Shown: positions 1-8,223 of the stretch, piece by piece
Position numbering within the stretch: the stretch's first letter is position 1
How the letters are laid out: each line of letters begins with the position of its first letter
NCBI GenBank assembly: GCA_951813565.1
Contig: OX638351.1
Span: forward strand, 4,704,001 to 4,768,000
Direction: 5' to 3'
DNA from: an uncultured Poribacteria bacterium
GTDB lineage: Bacteria; Poribacteria; WGA-4E; WGA-3G
DNA: 64,000 nucleotides
The notes under the pieces: model-generated
Told to the model about the DNA's origin: nothing
Seen by the model: only the letters and a program-made list of their open reading frames with translations
Databases searched by the model: none
Made by a program: the position numbers and the translations under genes

Positions 1-760
1 TAAAATAACCTTCAGCATCAGTTAAGCAACTTGTTCCGTGGGACCCACTGCCACCGCCAAACTCACCGCCTCGATATCGCATGGAGAGGTTTGCGTTGGC
101 ATTAGCAAGAGGAGTACCATCAGCATAAACAATTCGCGCACGTATCTTAAGCCGTTTCTTGACGGTAATTTTTACGTCTTCAATGTTTACACCCGGCTTA
201 AGTCCAAACGTAAGTCCACTAAAAGGAAACGGTCCCTCCTCTATAGAGAAAAAAGTGACCTTATTGAGTCGAATGGAAACAATTTGTATTTCTGACTCTC
301 TGGGAAGTCTTATAATACCCCGTTGAATCTGTTGTTGTCGCAATTGTACTTGTGGCGGTATGTTGAGATCAATCTTCTCATTTGGTATTACCAAAGTTTT
401 AGGAATTGCTATTATTTGCACGGGCCCCGGTTGGATACCGGTAACGCTGAAGGATCCTTCTGAATCAGTTTCTGCTCTGGGTATGACCGGAGGTTTGTTT
501 TTGCCTTCCAGTTGTTCTGCTAAAAAAAGTGGAAACCCGCCTATGGGGTTAGCCATTCCATTATGGACTTGCATAGGTTGAATCATGAACGTGAACCCAC
601 TCATAGGTTTTCCATCTGTGTCTACAACTTTTCCTGATAATCCACTTAATGCTTTTTCATTAGGTTCTGCAGGCGGTTCTTGGGCAACAATCCCTGTTAC
701 AGTGAATAATAGTACCACTGCAAGTGCTATAAGTTTTGCTGAAGTGTAGATGCATTTCAT
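1..760 (-). CDS. Secreted carboxypeptidase-regulatory-like (transthyretin-fold) repeat protein, partial (runs off window start)
   Basis: Not in the ORF track because it has no stop in the window. ATG at 760 with GGGAG RBS; translates MKCIYTSAKLIALAVVLLFTVTGIVAQ...LSGKVVDTDGKP...ETDSEGSFSVTGIQPG...RARIVYADGTPLANA...TDAEGYF; paralogous to 792..2075. Confidence 0.8.
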   Translation of the reverse strand, partial: MKCIYTSAKLIALAVVLLFTVTGIVAQEPPAEPNEKALSGLSGKVVDTDGKPMSGFTFMIQPMQVHNGMANPIGGFPLFLAEQLEGKNKPPVIPRAETDSEGSFSVTGIQPGPVQIIAIPKTLVIPNEKIDLNIPPQVQLRQQQIQRGIIRLPRESEIQIVSIRLNKVTFFSIEEGPFPFSGLTFGLKPGVNIEDVKITVKKRLKIRARIVYADGTPLANANANLSMRYRGGEFGGGSGSHGTSCLTDAEGYF

Positions 761-791
761 AGTCGTGTCTCCCTGATTGACGTATTCAGTG

Positions 792-2075
792 CTATTCGGC
801 ACCTTCGTCTGGTTCTTGCACACCAATAATCATATCTGCTTTTTCCAAGATTGCTTTTTCAGTTATGCTGGCAACAGGATTATCTGCGCGTACTTGTTGC
901 CATTTCCCTGTCACCCCGATCAGTACGGTAAAGGTTTTGCTTGTATTTTCGTCCTTTTCAGACAATTTTTTTGGGGCAGAAAGTAGTTTTTGTGTATCCC
1001 AACTGGTATAAGTTATCGGATCACCATTATCCCATTTCTTGTCACCCTGTTTTAAACCATCCGTGAATCCTATCCAATAGTTTTCTTTCCCATATACATC
1101 AAGTAACCATTGTTGTTCTGCAGCATTATTAATTGCAACGAGATGTGCACCTTGGGCGGTTGCTTGCGCGAGAGCTTCATCGGGGGTTTGGCAATCGATT
1201 CTTTTGTAAGCATGCCGGTTTGCGGGATTGATAGCCCACACACCTTCCTGGCGTCGTTTCCACATTGCTTGCATACGTCCTGGGTCACGGATAGGAACCG
1301 CTTTCACTACCTTAGGTTTAGGCGGTACTTCCGGCTCTCCGCCGAGAGTCAAGGTAAGTCCATCAAGTCGCTGCCCCTCTTCCAGTAAAATTTCCTTGGA
1401 CTCTACCGATTGTCCTTGATATGTTACAGAGACTGTATAATAGGTTGACCGATTACGGTTGATATATTCCACAAAGTAACCATCAGCATCAAGGGTTGTT
1501 GTGCTGCTACTGCTACCACCGCCACCATCCACATACCGTCTTTTTAGTCTGAGGTTAACCCGAGCATTGCTAAGTGGAGAACCATCCGCGGCAAGTACTT
1601 GCCCACGGATCCGCATTCGAAGCCTGACGGTAATCTTCACGTCTTTTATATCTGTTTCCTCTTCAATCCCAAATGGAATTCCTTCGTGCAAAAAAAACTG
1701 GTGCGGGTGAAAATGGAATGCTATTCCCTGCATTTCAATGCCGCGAATTTCATACTCTGATTGGCGCCCATGAAATAGTGTTAATCTATTAACTGAAGGT
1801 GCACTAATATTCTCAATTGAGAAAGCGCCGGTTGCATCCGTATTGCTCGGTTGCGGGGGTGGGAAGATTTGTTCTTGCCTATGCATATTGTGTCGTTTAG
1901 GCAAAAGGGTTCCTTTAAATGACTTAATGCTTACGGGAATATCAGGAACAGGTTCTCCCTTTTCATCAATAACTATTCCTGATATGGTTCCTGCGAAACA
2001 TTGAATGGATGCCGCAAGCAAAATCACCAGACTTCCTATAAAAACTACAAATAGGGTGAAGTAAAAACGGTTCAT
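792..2075 (-). CDS. Secreted protein with carboxypeptidase-regulatory-like repeats and a C-terminal C-type lectin-like domain
   Basis: Signal peptide; ISGIVIDEKGEPV and IRGQVLAADGSPL repeats; C-terminal GAHLVAINNAAEQQWL...YWIGFTD...WDNGDPITYTSW...GKW lectin-C pattern; GGAGG RBS. Confidence 0.8.
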   Translation of the reverse strand: MNRFYFTLFVVFIGSLVILLAASIQCFAGTISGIVIDEKGEPVPDIPVSIKSFKGTLLPKRHNMHRQEQIFPPPQPSNTDATGAFSIENISAPSVNRLTLFHGRQSEYEIRGIEMQGIAFHFHPHQFFLHEGIPFGIEEETDIKDVKITVRLRMRIRGQVLAADGSPLSNARVNLRLKRRYVDGGGGSSSSTTTLDADGYFVEYINRNRSTYYTVSVTYQGQSVESKEILLEEGQRLDGLTLTLGGEPEVPPKPKVVKAVPIRDPGRMQAMWKRRQEGVWAINPANRHAYKRIDCQTPDEALAQATAQGAHLVAINNAAEQQWLLDVYGKENYWIGFTDGLKQGDKKWDNGDPITYTSWDTQKLLSAPKKLSEKDENTSKTFTVLIGVTGKWQQVRADNPVASITEKAILEKADMIIGVQEPDEGAE

Positions 2076-2647
2076 TGGAATGCCTCCTTTTTTGATTTAT
2101 GGTGAATATATTAAAATGAGTTTGGATCACGTAAAATTATTATACCCCATGTAAAAATTATTGACAACATTAAAGAAGGGGTGAGAACGCAGGGTTATTT
2201 AGTTTTAAGAGTTTTCATTTTATGAGGTTAACTGTGAGTTTAGGTCTTGAGGGGTAGGTGCGATTTCTTAACCCATAGGTGTCAACTTAAGGATTTTCCG
2301 AATATAAGAAATGCTCTTCAGTATAAGGATTCAAGCGTAGGTTTGGGATACCAAATAAACACCTACATCACTGTTAGCGTGTTTAGTCTTTCGCTCCAGC
2401 GGAGCAATATGTTTATAGAAAAAAGTTAACGCTTTCCTCCGCTCCAGCGGAGCGGTATTGGCTACATCACACATAGCACTCCACTGGAGTGCGGAAATTG
2501 ATCTGTTATCAGATATGAATCGTGTCGGGTGCCTCTAAATTCTTAAGTAGAACTCACGTTAATTTAGTATTATACACCTAAGTAGAAAAAGGCTGGCAAG
2601 GTTTCTTCAAATTTAGTAGAATATACCTATGCAAAAGGAAAACGAAA

Positions 2648-3339
2648 ATGAGTAAAGAAAAAATTGAATATGAAATAGGTAGCGGCAATGTGTACAAGGA
2701 TTTGGGATTTCCTAACCTAGAGGAAATGTAAGCAAAGGCACATCTTGTTTTTTAAGATTCAGGATACTATAACTGAACGCAAACTTAAGTTAGACGAGGA
2801 TGTGCATAAATAATTCCGATGTTAAATATGCGATTAAAGGTAGTCCGCACACGCCGTGGGTTTCTGTCCACAAGTTCAAAGAGGCGCAGCATGCCACACG
2901 GGGAATGCCATAAGGCATTCGGACCCGGTGAATGACTAAAGACGAATGTGCTTGGTAGAATACGCTTTTGGTATTCTACATGATTCGCCATGATTCATAC
3001 CGTTGATTTCTTGATTTGGCGCATGCTGCGTTGATTTGGCAATGAATTGCGCGACTACAAACGCATTTCTATAAATCAAGCGGCACCTGGCGTCTGTCCT
3101 TGTCTGTGTTGATGCGCCAAATATTTATGCACACCCCTCAGTTAGACAAAGCAGCCGAAATTCTATGCATTAGTAAATCTGAACTCTCGAATCTTTTGCG
3201 TGGTCAGTTTAAAAGTTGTACAATTGATCGTATATTTTCACTGCTGAGAAAGTTGGATCATGACATTGAGATTGTTCTTCACAAAAGACCGGTCAACACA
3301 CCTTCCGCAGCCCTCCGTATCTCAACTTCCGCGGATTAA
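2648..3339 (+). pseudogene. XRE/HTH_37 (HigA-like) transcription regulator or antitoxin pseudogene
   Basis: MSKEKIEYEIGSGNVYKDLGFPNLEEM then TAA at 2729, an extra T in the run at about 2748-2753 and a MITE at 2796-3139; resumes KAAEILCISKSELSNLLRGQF...IDRIFSLL to TAA 3339. Confidence 0.8.
2796..3139. mobile_element. MITE copy 1 (TIR GAGG(G)GTGTGCATAAATA, 8-bp TSD AGTTAGAC)
   Basis: Inverted ends at 2796 and 3139; AGTTAGAC duplicated at 2788-2795 and 3140-3147; near-identical copy at 62385-62705. Confidence 0.9.
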
Positions 3340-3358
3340 TTCCAATCCATGCGCAATT

Positions 3359-4339
3359 ATGGAAAACGAGACGCACATCTACCACATCCAAAAAGATCAC
3401 AGTGGAAAACGATTGGATCAGTTTCTGATGGGTACTATTGAAGGTGTATCGCGAACCTATCTCCAGAAACTGATTCGCGAAGGTGCTGTCACTGTTAATG
3501 ATAAGGTTTTCAAACAACCCGGTTACACGCTCCGTTCCGGTGACCAAGTTTGTCTTTCGCTTCCTGATTCCCGCCCTTTAGAAACCGGACAACCTGAGAA
3601 TATCCCGCTTGACATTCTTTATGAAGATAGCCACTTAATTGTGCTGAACAAACCCGCGGGCATGCTCGTTCATCCTGCAAGTGGTGTGAATTCAGGTACA
3701 CTCGTCAACGCTTTGCTCGCGCATTGCACTGATTTGTCAGGCATCGGTGGCGTAGAAAGACCTGGTATCGTTCACAGATTGGATAAGGATACGTCGGGGG
3801 TTCTCGTAGTTGCAAAAACAGATGTTGTGCATCGCGAACTATCCGTGCAGTTTGAAAAGCATACTATAACACGCCAGTATGTTGCAGTTGTGTGTGGCGT
3901 TCCGGCTGAAGTTACAGGGACGATTGAGGCGCAAATTGCACGGAGTCGTCGTGACCGCCGCCGAATGACTACTGTAAAAAACAACGGCAGGCATGCTGTC
4001 ACGCATTATCAGGTATTAGAAATTTACCACAAATTTTCGCTCGTTCAACTCACATTGGAAACCGGACGACTTCATCAAATCCGTGTGCATCTGCAACACA
4101 TTGGACATCCAGTTGCTGGTGATACCATTTATGGAGGTGAGCAACGTGCGTTAAACGATGCCGATACACTCCCCGTGAAACATGCGCTTATACACCTTAA
4201 ACGACAGGCATTGCATGCGCGGACTCTTAAGTTTGATCACCCTGTAACACATGAAAGTTTATTTTTTTCTGCGCCGAAGCCTGCAGATATGGAGCGACTT
4301 GTTGATGCATTGCGGACGCTTACTCGCGCATATTTGTAG
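3359..4339 (+). CDS. rluD: RluA/RluD family 23S rRNA pseudouridine synthase
   Basis: S4 domain (RLDQFL...SRTYLQKLI), NKPAGMLVHP, RPGIVHRLDKDTSG, LETGRLHQIRVH; ATG 3359 preferred over the ORF-track start. Confidence 0.92.
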   Translation: MENETHIYHIQKDHSGKRLDQFLMGTIEGVSRTYLQKLIREGAVTVNDKVFKQPGYTLRSGDQVCLSLPDSRPLETGQPENIPLDILYEDSHLIVLNKPAGMLVHPASGVNSGTLVNALLAHCTDLSGIGGVERPGIVHRLDKDTSGVLVVAKTDVVHRELSVQFEKHTITRQYVAVVCGVPAEVTGTIEAQIARSRRDRRRMTTVKNNGRHAVTHYQVLEIYHKFSLVQLTLETGRLHQIRVHLQHIGHPVAGDTIYGGEQRALNDADTLPVKHALIHLKRQALHARTLKFDHPVTHESLFFSAPKPADMERLVDALRTLTRAYL

Positions 4340-4385
4340 CATTTTGTTCGATCTCAGTCCTATTAAAATGTAGTATCTATTAGGA

Positions 4386-4705
4386 TTATAGTTTGGATAA
4401 TTCTTATCTCGTGGAAATTGAGTTTCACATAATAGATGGAACACAGCGAAAATGCTGCACTCCAGCGGAGTGCAATGTCTATAGAAAACGGTATGCACAT
4501 TCTCGCACTCCAGCGGAGTGCAATGTGTCGAAAATCACGGACCGCTCCACTGGAGCGGATATGTCGGTTCATAATGTAACTATAAACATATTGCTCCGCT
4601 GAAGCAAAGAAGGTTTCCGTTTTGTCTGTCGTGTGTTGATTTAGCAACATAAGTGGAGAACTAATTTTTTACCAACTTACGTTTGAAAAATTGTCCAAAC
4701 TTTAG
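4386..4705. mobile_element. MITE-like element (TIR TATAGTTTGGAYAAT) enclosing three C(A/G)CTCCA(G/C)(C/T)GGAG(T/C)G hairpins
   Basis: tatagtttggataatt at the left and aattgtccaaactttag at the right; same end family as 22088-22424; the same hairpins occur at 2393-2495. Confidence 0.6.
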
Positions 4706-4720
4706 TATTAGGAGAAAAAT

Positions 4721-5707
4721 ATGGAATATGTCAATTTTGGTAAAGCAGGTGTTAAGGTAAGTCCACTTGCATTGGGATTAGGATTTAGAGGGCAAGGCGA
4801 CGAAAGTGCTGCCCAACGATTGATTGAACACGCAATTGATAACGGTATTAACCTGATTGATTGTGCCAACGTTTATGGTCCAATGGATGACCGTGCCAAT
4901 ATTGGACAGTCTGAGGTTATCCTGGGCAAAGCGATAAAAGGGAAACGTGATGATGTGGTGATTACTTCTAAGGTCTGTAGCAATATCGGACAAGGGCCAA
5001 ACGACTATGGGTTATCTCGATTCCATATCATGCGCGAAATAGACCGTTCACTAACTCGTCTCGGCACTGACCATATTGATGTCTATCTGATTCACATGGC
5101 GGACGATACTACACCACAAGAGGAGACGATCCGGGCATTAGACGATCTAGTGCGTTCGGGTAAGGTGCGCTACCTTGGCTGTTGTAATCATCAGGCATGG
5201 CAAGTTTGCAAAGCGCTCTGGATTGCTGACAGCATTAACGCAACACCCTATATGTGCATTCAAAATATGTATAATCTTCTCAATCGGGATTTGGAAACCG
5301 AGATGTTCGGGTTAGTGCGTGAAGAAGGACTTGGGGTAATGTGTTATAGTCCATTGTCGGTTGGTTTATTGAGCGGTGTTTATTCACCTGATGAACCGCC
5401 ACCTGATGGCACGTTGTGGGCAAGGCGATATCGTGATGAATATGATCGCAGAATGCGCGGTGCAACTGGGCAGGTGATTGCTACGCTCAAACGGCTTGCA
5501 GACGAGTTAGGAAAAACACCCGCACAACTTGCAGTGGCATGGGTGGTATCACACTCGGAAGTTACCGTTGCTATCAGTGGAAGTGATACAATTGAACAAC
5601 TGGACGACACGCTCGGTGGTGTTGGTTGGGAATTAGATGCGGCTGTTCGAGATGAGTTGGATGAGGTGTCGCGTTCGTTTGTGCGTTTGACTGCACCACC
5701 ATTTTAA
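4721..5707 (+). CDS. Aldo/keto reductase
   Basis: GKAGVKVSPLALG, IDCANVYG, ITSK, SLTRLGTDHIDVYLIH, GKVRYLG, PAQLAVAW; AGGAG RBS. Confidence 0.93.
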   Translation: MEYVNFGKAGVKVSPLALGLGFRGQGDESAAQRLIEHAIDNGINLIDCANVYGPMDDRANIGQSEVILGKAIKGKRDDVVITSKVCSNIGQGPNDYGLSRFHIMREIDRSLTRLGTDHIDVYLIHMADDTTPQEETIRALDDLVRSGKVRYLGCCNHQAWQVCKALWIADSINATPYMCIQNMYNLLNRDLETEMFGLVREEGLGVMCYSPLSVGLLSGVYSPDEPPPDGTLWARRYRDEYDRRMRGATGQVIATLKRLADELGKTPAQLAVAWVVSHSEVTVAISGSDTIEQLDDTLGGVGWELDAAVRDELDEVSRSFVRLTAPPF

Positions 5708-5748
5708 CGATTGACAAAATAGATTTAATCGTCCATTCGGTATGAACT

Positions 5749-5850
5749 TATGGTAAACCTAAGTATTAATTAGACACATTGCATCGGCGAGGTTAGGAAA
5801 CCTCGCCTACCGCGGGTGGGAAATGTCGTTTTATTTTAGGTTTCACCACA
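5749..5850. repeat. Correia-like MITE carrying the REP hairpin GGCGAGGTTAGGAAACCTCGCC
   Basis: REP at 5786-5807, also at 22001, 39882 and 62166; TATGGTAAACCTAA...TTAGGTTTCACCA ends. Confidence 0.6.
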
Positions 5851-5874
5851 ATATACGTTTAAGTTTATGTAAGG

Positions 5875-6057
5875 TTAATCTTCATATCTCAGACAAGCGT
5901 GAATATCTGATTTGGTTATATGTTGGTAGTCCTCGAGAATCTCTTCTTCACTTACGTTGGACGCGAGTAAATTTAGGATAAACTCAACCGATAAGCGAGT
6001 TCCTTTGATAATTGATTTTCCTCCCAGAATTCTTGGATCCACAGTGATTCGTTCCAT
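5875..6057 (-). CDS. DUF433 family antitoxin-like protein, probably C-terminally truncated, with no cognate toxin
   Basis: MERITVDPRILGGKSIIKGTRLSVEFIL...EEILEDY...DIHACLRY; GGAGG RBS; followed by a repeat rather than a PIN toxin gene. Confidence 0.8.
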   Translation of the reverse strand: MERITVDPRILGGKSIIKGTRLSVEFILNLLASNVSEEEILEDYQHITKSDIHACLRYED

Positions 6058-6082
6058 TTAGTTTCCTCCAATACATTATTAT

Positions 6083-6528
6083 AACGTGAGTTTGATAATA
6101 AAATTCAATAACCACTGTCCGTTGGGTAGAACGGAATAAACAAAAAATCGGACATAAAAGAGAGATTTTTTTTCCATTTGATGCCGAAATAACAGGAAAA
6201 TGAGTGAAACTCAACTTTAAATTACTTCCAAAACGGTTGAATTGTTGGGTTTCGCTTCGCTCTACTCATAGGCGTCAATTTTAGGATATATCCTATTGTG
6301 GGAGTGAATCAACGCAGCATGCGCGTTTGGCATGCTGCCAAATCAACGCCAAATGCGCTTTTTGGCATTTGGCGGGTTTTCAACCCCGATATAACGGTTT
6401 GAGTCTCACAATATCGGGCTTAGAAAGCCCTCCCACAAGAAAATCAGGCACTAAATTGACGCCTATAGGTTTCGCTTCGCTCTACCCAACGGACATCTAC
6501 ATTTAGGTCTAATTATCAAACTCACGTT
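6083..6528. mobile_element. Nested composite MITE: outer TIR AACGTGAGTTTGATAAT, inner MITE 6267-6467 (TIR ATAGGCGTCAATTT), REP pairs and mini-hairpin inserts
   Basis: aacgtgagtttgataat at 6083 and attatcaaactcacgtt at about 6512-6528; the inner element has a homolog at 32898-33101. Confidence 0.75.
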
Positions 6529-6592
6529 TTTTAGCATTCCCTGGGCAGTCTTTTTTTCATTATGCAGTTTGTCCTTAAATCGTCTCAAATTT

Positions 6593-7630
6593 CTAATGCA
6601 TATCTACAGAAAAAATATAACTGAGAATCGTCACCAAAATATAAGTTCCGACCAAAATGACACCAAACGGACGCTTCAATTGGCTTCCTGAAACGAAGAT
6701 GCCGATTCGGAAAACAATCAAAATAAACACCATCGCAGGAAAAAGAAACTGGAAAAATTTTCCTGATGCTTGCAAACCAATAGGTGTTGCAGCAGCTGAA
6801 ACTCCAGCAACAAAGAGAACATTCAGAATATCCGCACCAATGATGTTTCCGACTGCTAACTCACCATGTCCGCGCCGAACTGCTGTTATTGCTGTTACAA
6901 GTTCTGGTAGCGATGTGCCAAACGCGACAAGTGTTGCTGCAATGATTTCCTCTGGCACATTAAACCTAATTGCAAGGGTCTTCACAGTTGGAATAAGGAT
7001 TTGTGCAGCAATAACAACAATTGCAATTGACCCAATGAGTTTAAAAAGTGTAACAAACGTCCTAGACCCATCCGGTTCTGTTTCTTCATCGTGTTCAGAA
7101 GTAGGTGTTATTGAACCTGCCCATCGGATAGACTGCCAGATATACAACCCTAACAGCACAACAAAGACGAATCCCATAAATTGTGAAAGTACACCGCCTT
7201 GTTTAAAAACTTCCATCGGGGAAGACCAAGGAAAACAGGCTAACACCATGAGAATTCCGGCACTTACCTGAACATTGGACAACCGCGATGCCAATTCACG
7301 GTTAAAAGACAGTGGTGCAATCAGCGATGCTAATCCTAAAATTAAACCCGTATCACATATAATTGAGCCAACAGCATTTCCGAGGGCGAGTCCCGGCTCT
7401 CCTTGGACTGCCGACAGCACGGAAACCGCAGCTTCGGGCGTTGTTGTGCCGATACTCACAATTGTTGCACCAATAACCGCCTCACCTAAGCCCCATCGGG
7501 ATGAAAGCACCACTGCTTCATCTACTAACCAGTCCGCTCCTTTGCCAAGTGTGTAAAGCATCACTGCAACGATAAGAAAAAGGACTACGCTCGGTAATCC
7601 TACAATAAGTTGTTCAATCCAATGTTCCAT
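6593..7630 (-). CDS. Ca2+/Na+ (CaCA, YrbG-like) antiporter
   Basis: Two alpha repeats: GATIVSIGTTTPE/GNAVGS and ATLVAFGTSLPE/GNIIGA; about 10 TM helices. Confidence 0.92.
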   Translation of the reverse strand: MEHWIEQLIVGLPSVVLFLIVAVMLYTLGKGADWLVDEAVVLSSRWGLGEAVIGATIVSIGTTTPEAAVSVLSAVQGEPGLALGNAVGSIICDTGLILGLASLIAPLSFNRELASRLSNVQVSAGILMVLACFPWSSPMEVFKQGGVLSQFMGFVFVVLLGLYIWQSIRWAGSITPTSEHDEETEPDGSRTFVTLFKLIGSIAIVVIAAQILIPTVKTLAIRFNVPEEIIAATLVAFGTSLPELVTAITAVRRGHGELAVGNIIGADILNVLFVAGVSAAATPIGLQASGKFFQFLFPAMVFILIVFRIGIFVSGSQLKRPFGVILVGTYILVTILSYIFSVDMH

Positions 7631-7724
7631 TAACTATAAATGTTCCTTCCAATCTGAAGATTATATAGACAAAGGTTATCACAGACACCGCACAAAGTCA
7701 AACAATAGTCCTATGTTTTTTAAC

Positions 7725-7754
7725 TTGAAATTGTGGGTACGAAGATGGTATCCT
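7725..7754 (+). promoter_or_regulatory. Sigma-70-type promoter for the mini-tmRNA-like gene
   Basis: TTGAAA (7725-7730), 18 bp spacer, extended -10 TGgTATCCT (7746-7754), about 14 nt upstream of G1. Confidence 0.6.
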
Positions 7755-7768
7755 TGTACTATCAATAT

Positions 7769-7851
7769 GGGGGTGAAAGGATTCGACGGAGGACGAAAGC
7801 GTGGTTGCTTTCAATTTTCTCCGGATGTGGGTTCAATTCCCACCACCTCCA
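7769..7851 (+). ncRNA. tmRNA-like RNA consisting of the tRNA-like domain only (no mRNA-like domain)
   Basis: 5' GGGGGTG-AAAGGATTCGA-CGGAGGA; 3' TTCTCCG-GAT-GTGGG-TTCAATT-CCCAC-CACCTCC-A. Perfect 7-bp acceptor stem with G3-U70 and discriminator A, T arm, stemless D loop; P2 capped by the hairpin GAAAGCG-TGGT-TGCTTTC. Confidence 0.85.
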
Positions 7852-8223
7852 TTTGAGTAAGTTGCCACACTTCAACTGATTGCTTCCCTCGCTTCCAACA
7901 CCTTCGCAACAACTGGATTTTTATACAGATACTTGGCTCAGAAAATGCGTATTTTGTGGATAGAATTGAGGTTAGATATGAATAGACGTATCTGTGTTTA
8001 TATCAAATATGATAACATTTCACTTTGCGAATTTGCAATGTGATTTGAGTGTAGGGGTTTCTTATGGCGAAATTCGGAGAGTGTTATCTTGTAGATAGAT
8101 TTATGGTATGGTTACGAAAAAGAAGAATGGACAATCTAACCTGATTATGATGGGCTTTTGCAGTCCTCAAAAAAGTTATTTGGTTTGTAATATTGGGTTC
8201 ATGACTTGCTAGAGATCAAAAAC

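Noticed and set aside
4393..4650. ORFs 4363-4650, 4393-4602, 2785-2991, 39544-39799, 55961-56158 and 62097-62557
   Set aside because: They lie within MITE/REP repeats and are translations of palindromic DNA.
6657..7556. Long antisense ORFs over real genes (also 15008-15523, 33304-33867, 41618-42136)
   Set aside because: Shadow frames of well-supported opposite-strand genes with no RBS or family motifs.
7769..7851. Ordinary tRNA-Ala, two-piece permuted tmRNA, or integration-site remnant
   Set aside because: There is no D stem or 7-nt anticodon loop; the order is 5' part then 3' part (not permuted); and att remnants retain only one end, whereas both ends are present and pair.
7852..8220. A separate tag-encoding (MLD) piece downstream of the mini-tmRNA
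   Set aside because: I found no short ORF ending in Ala-Ala-stop and no pseudoknot pattern.
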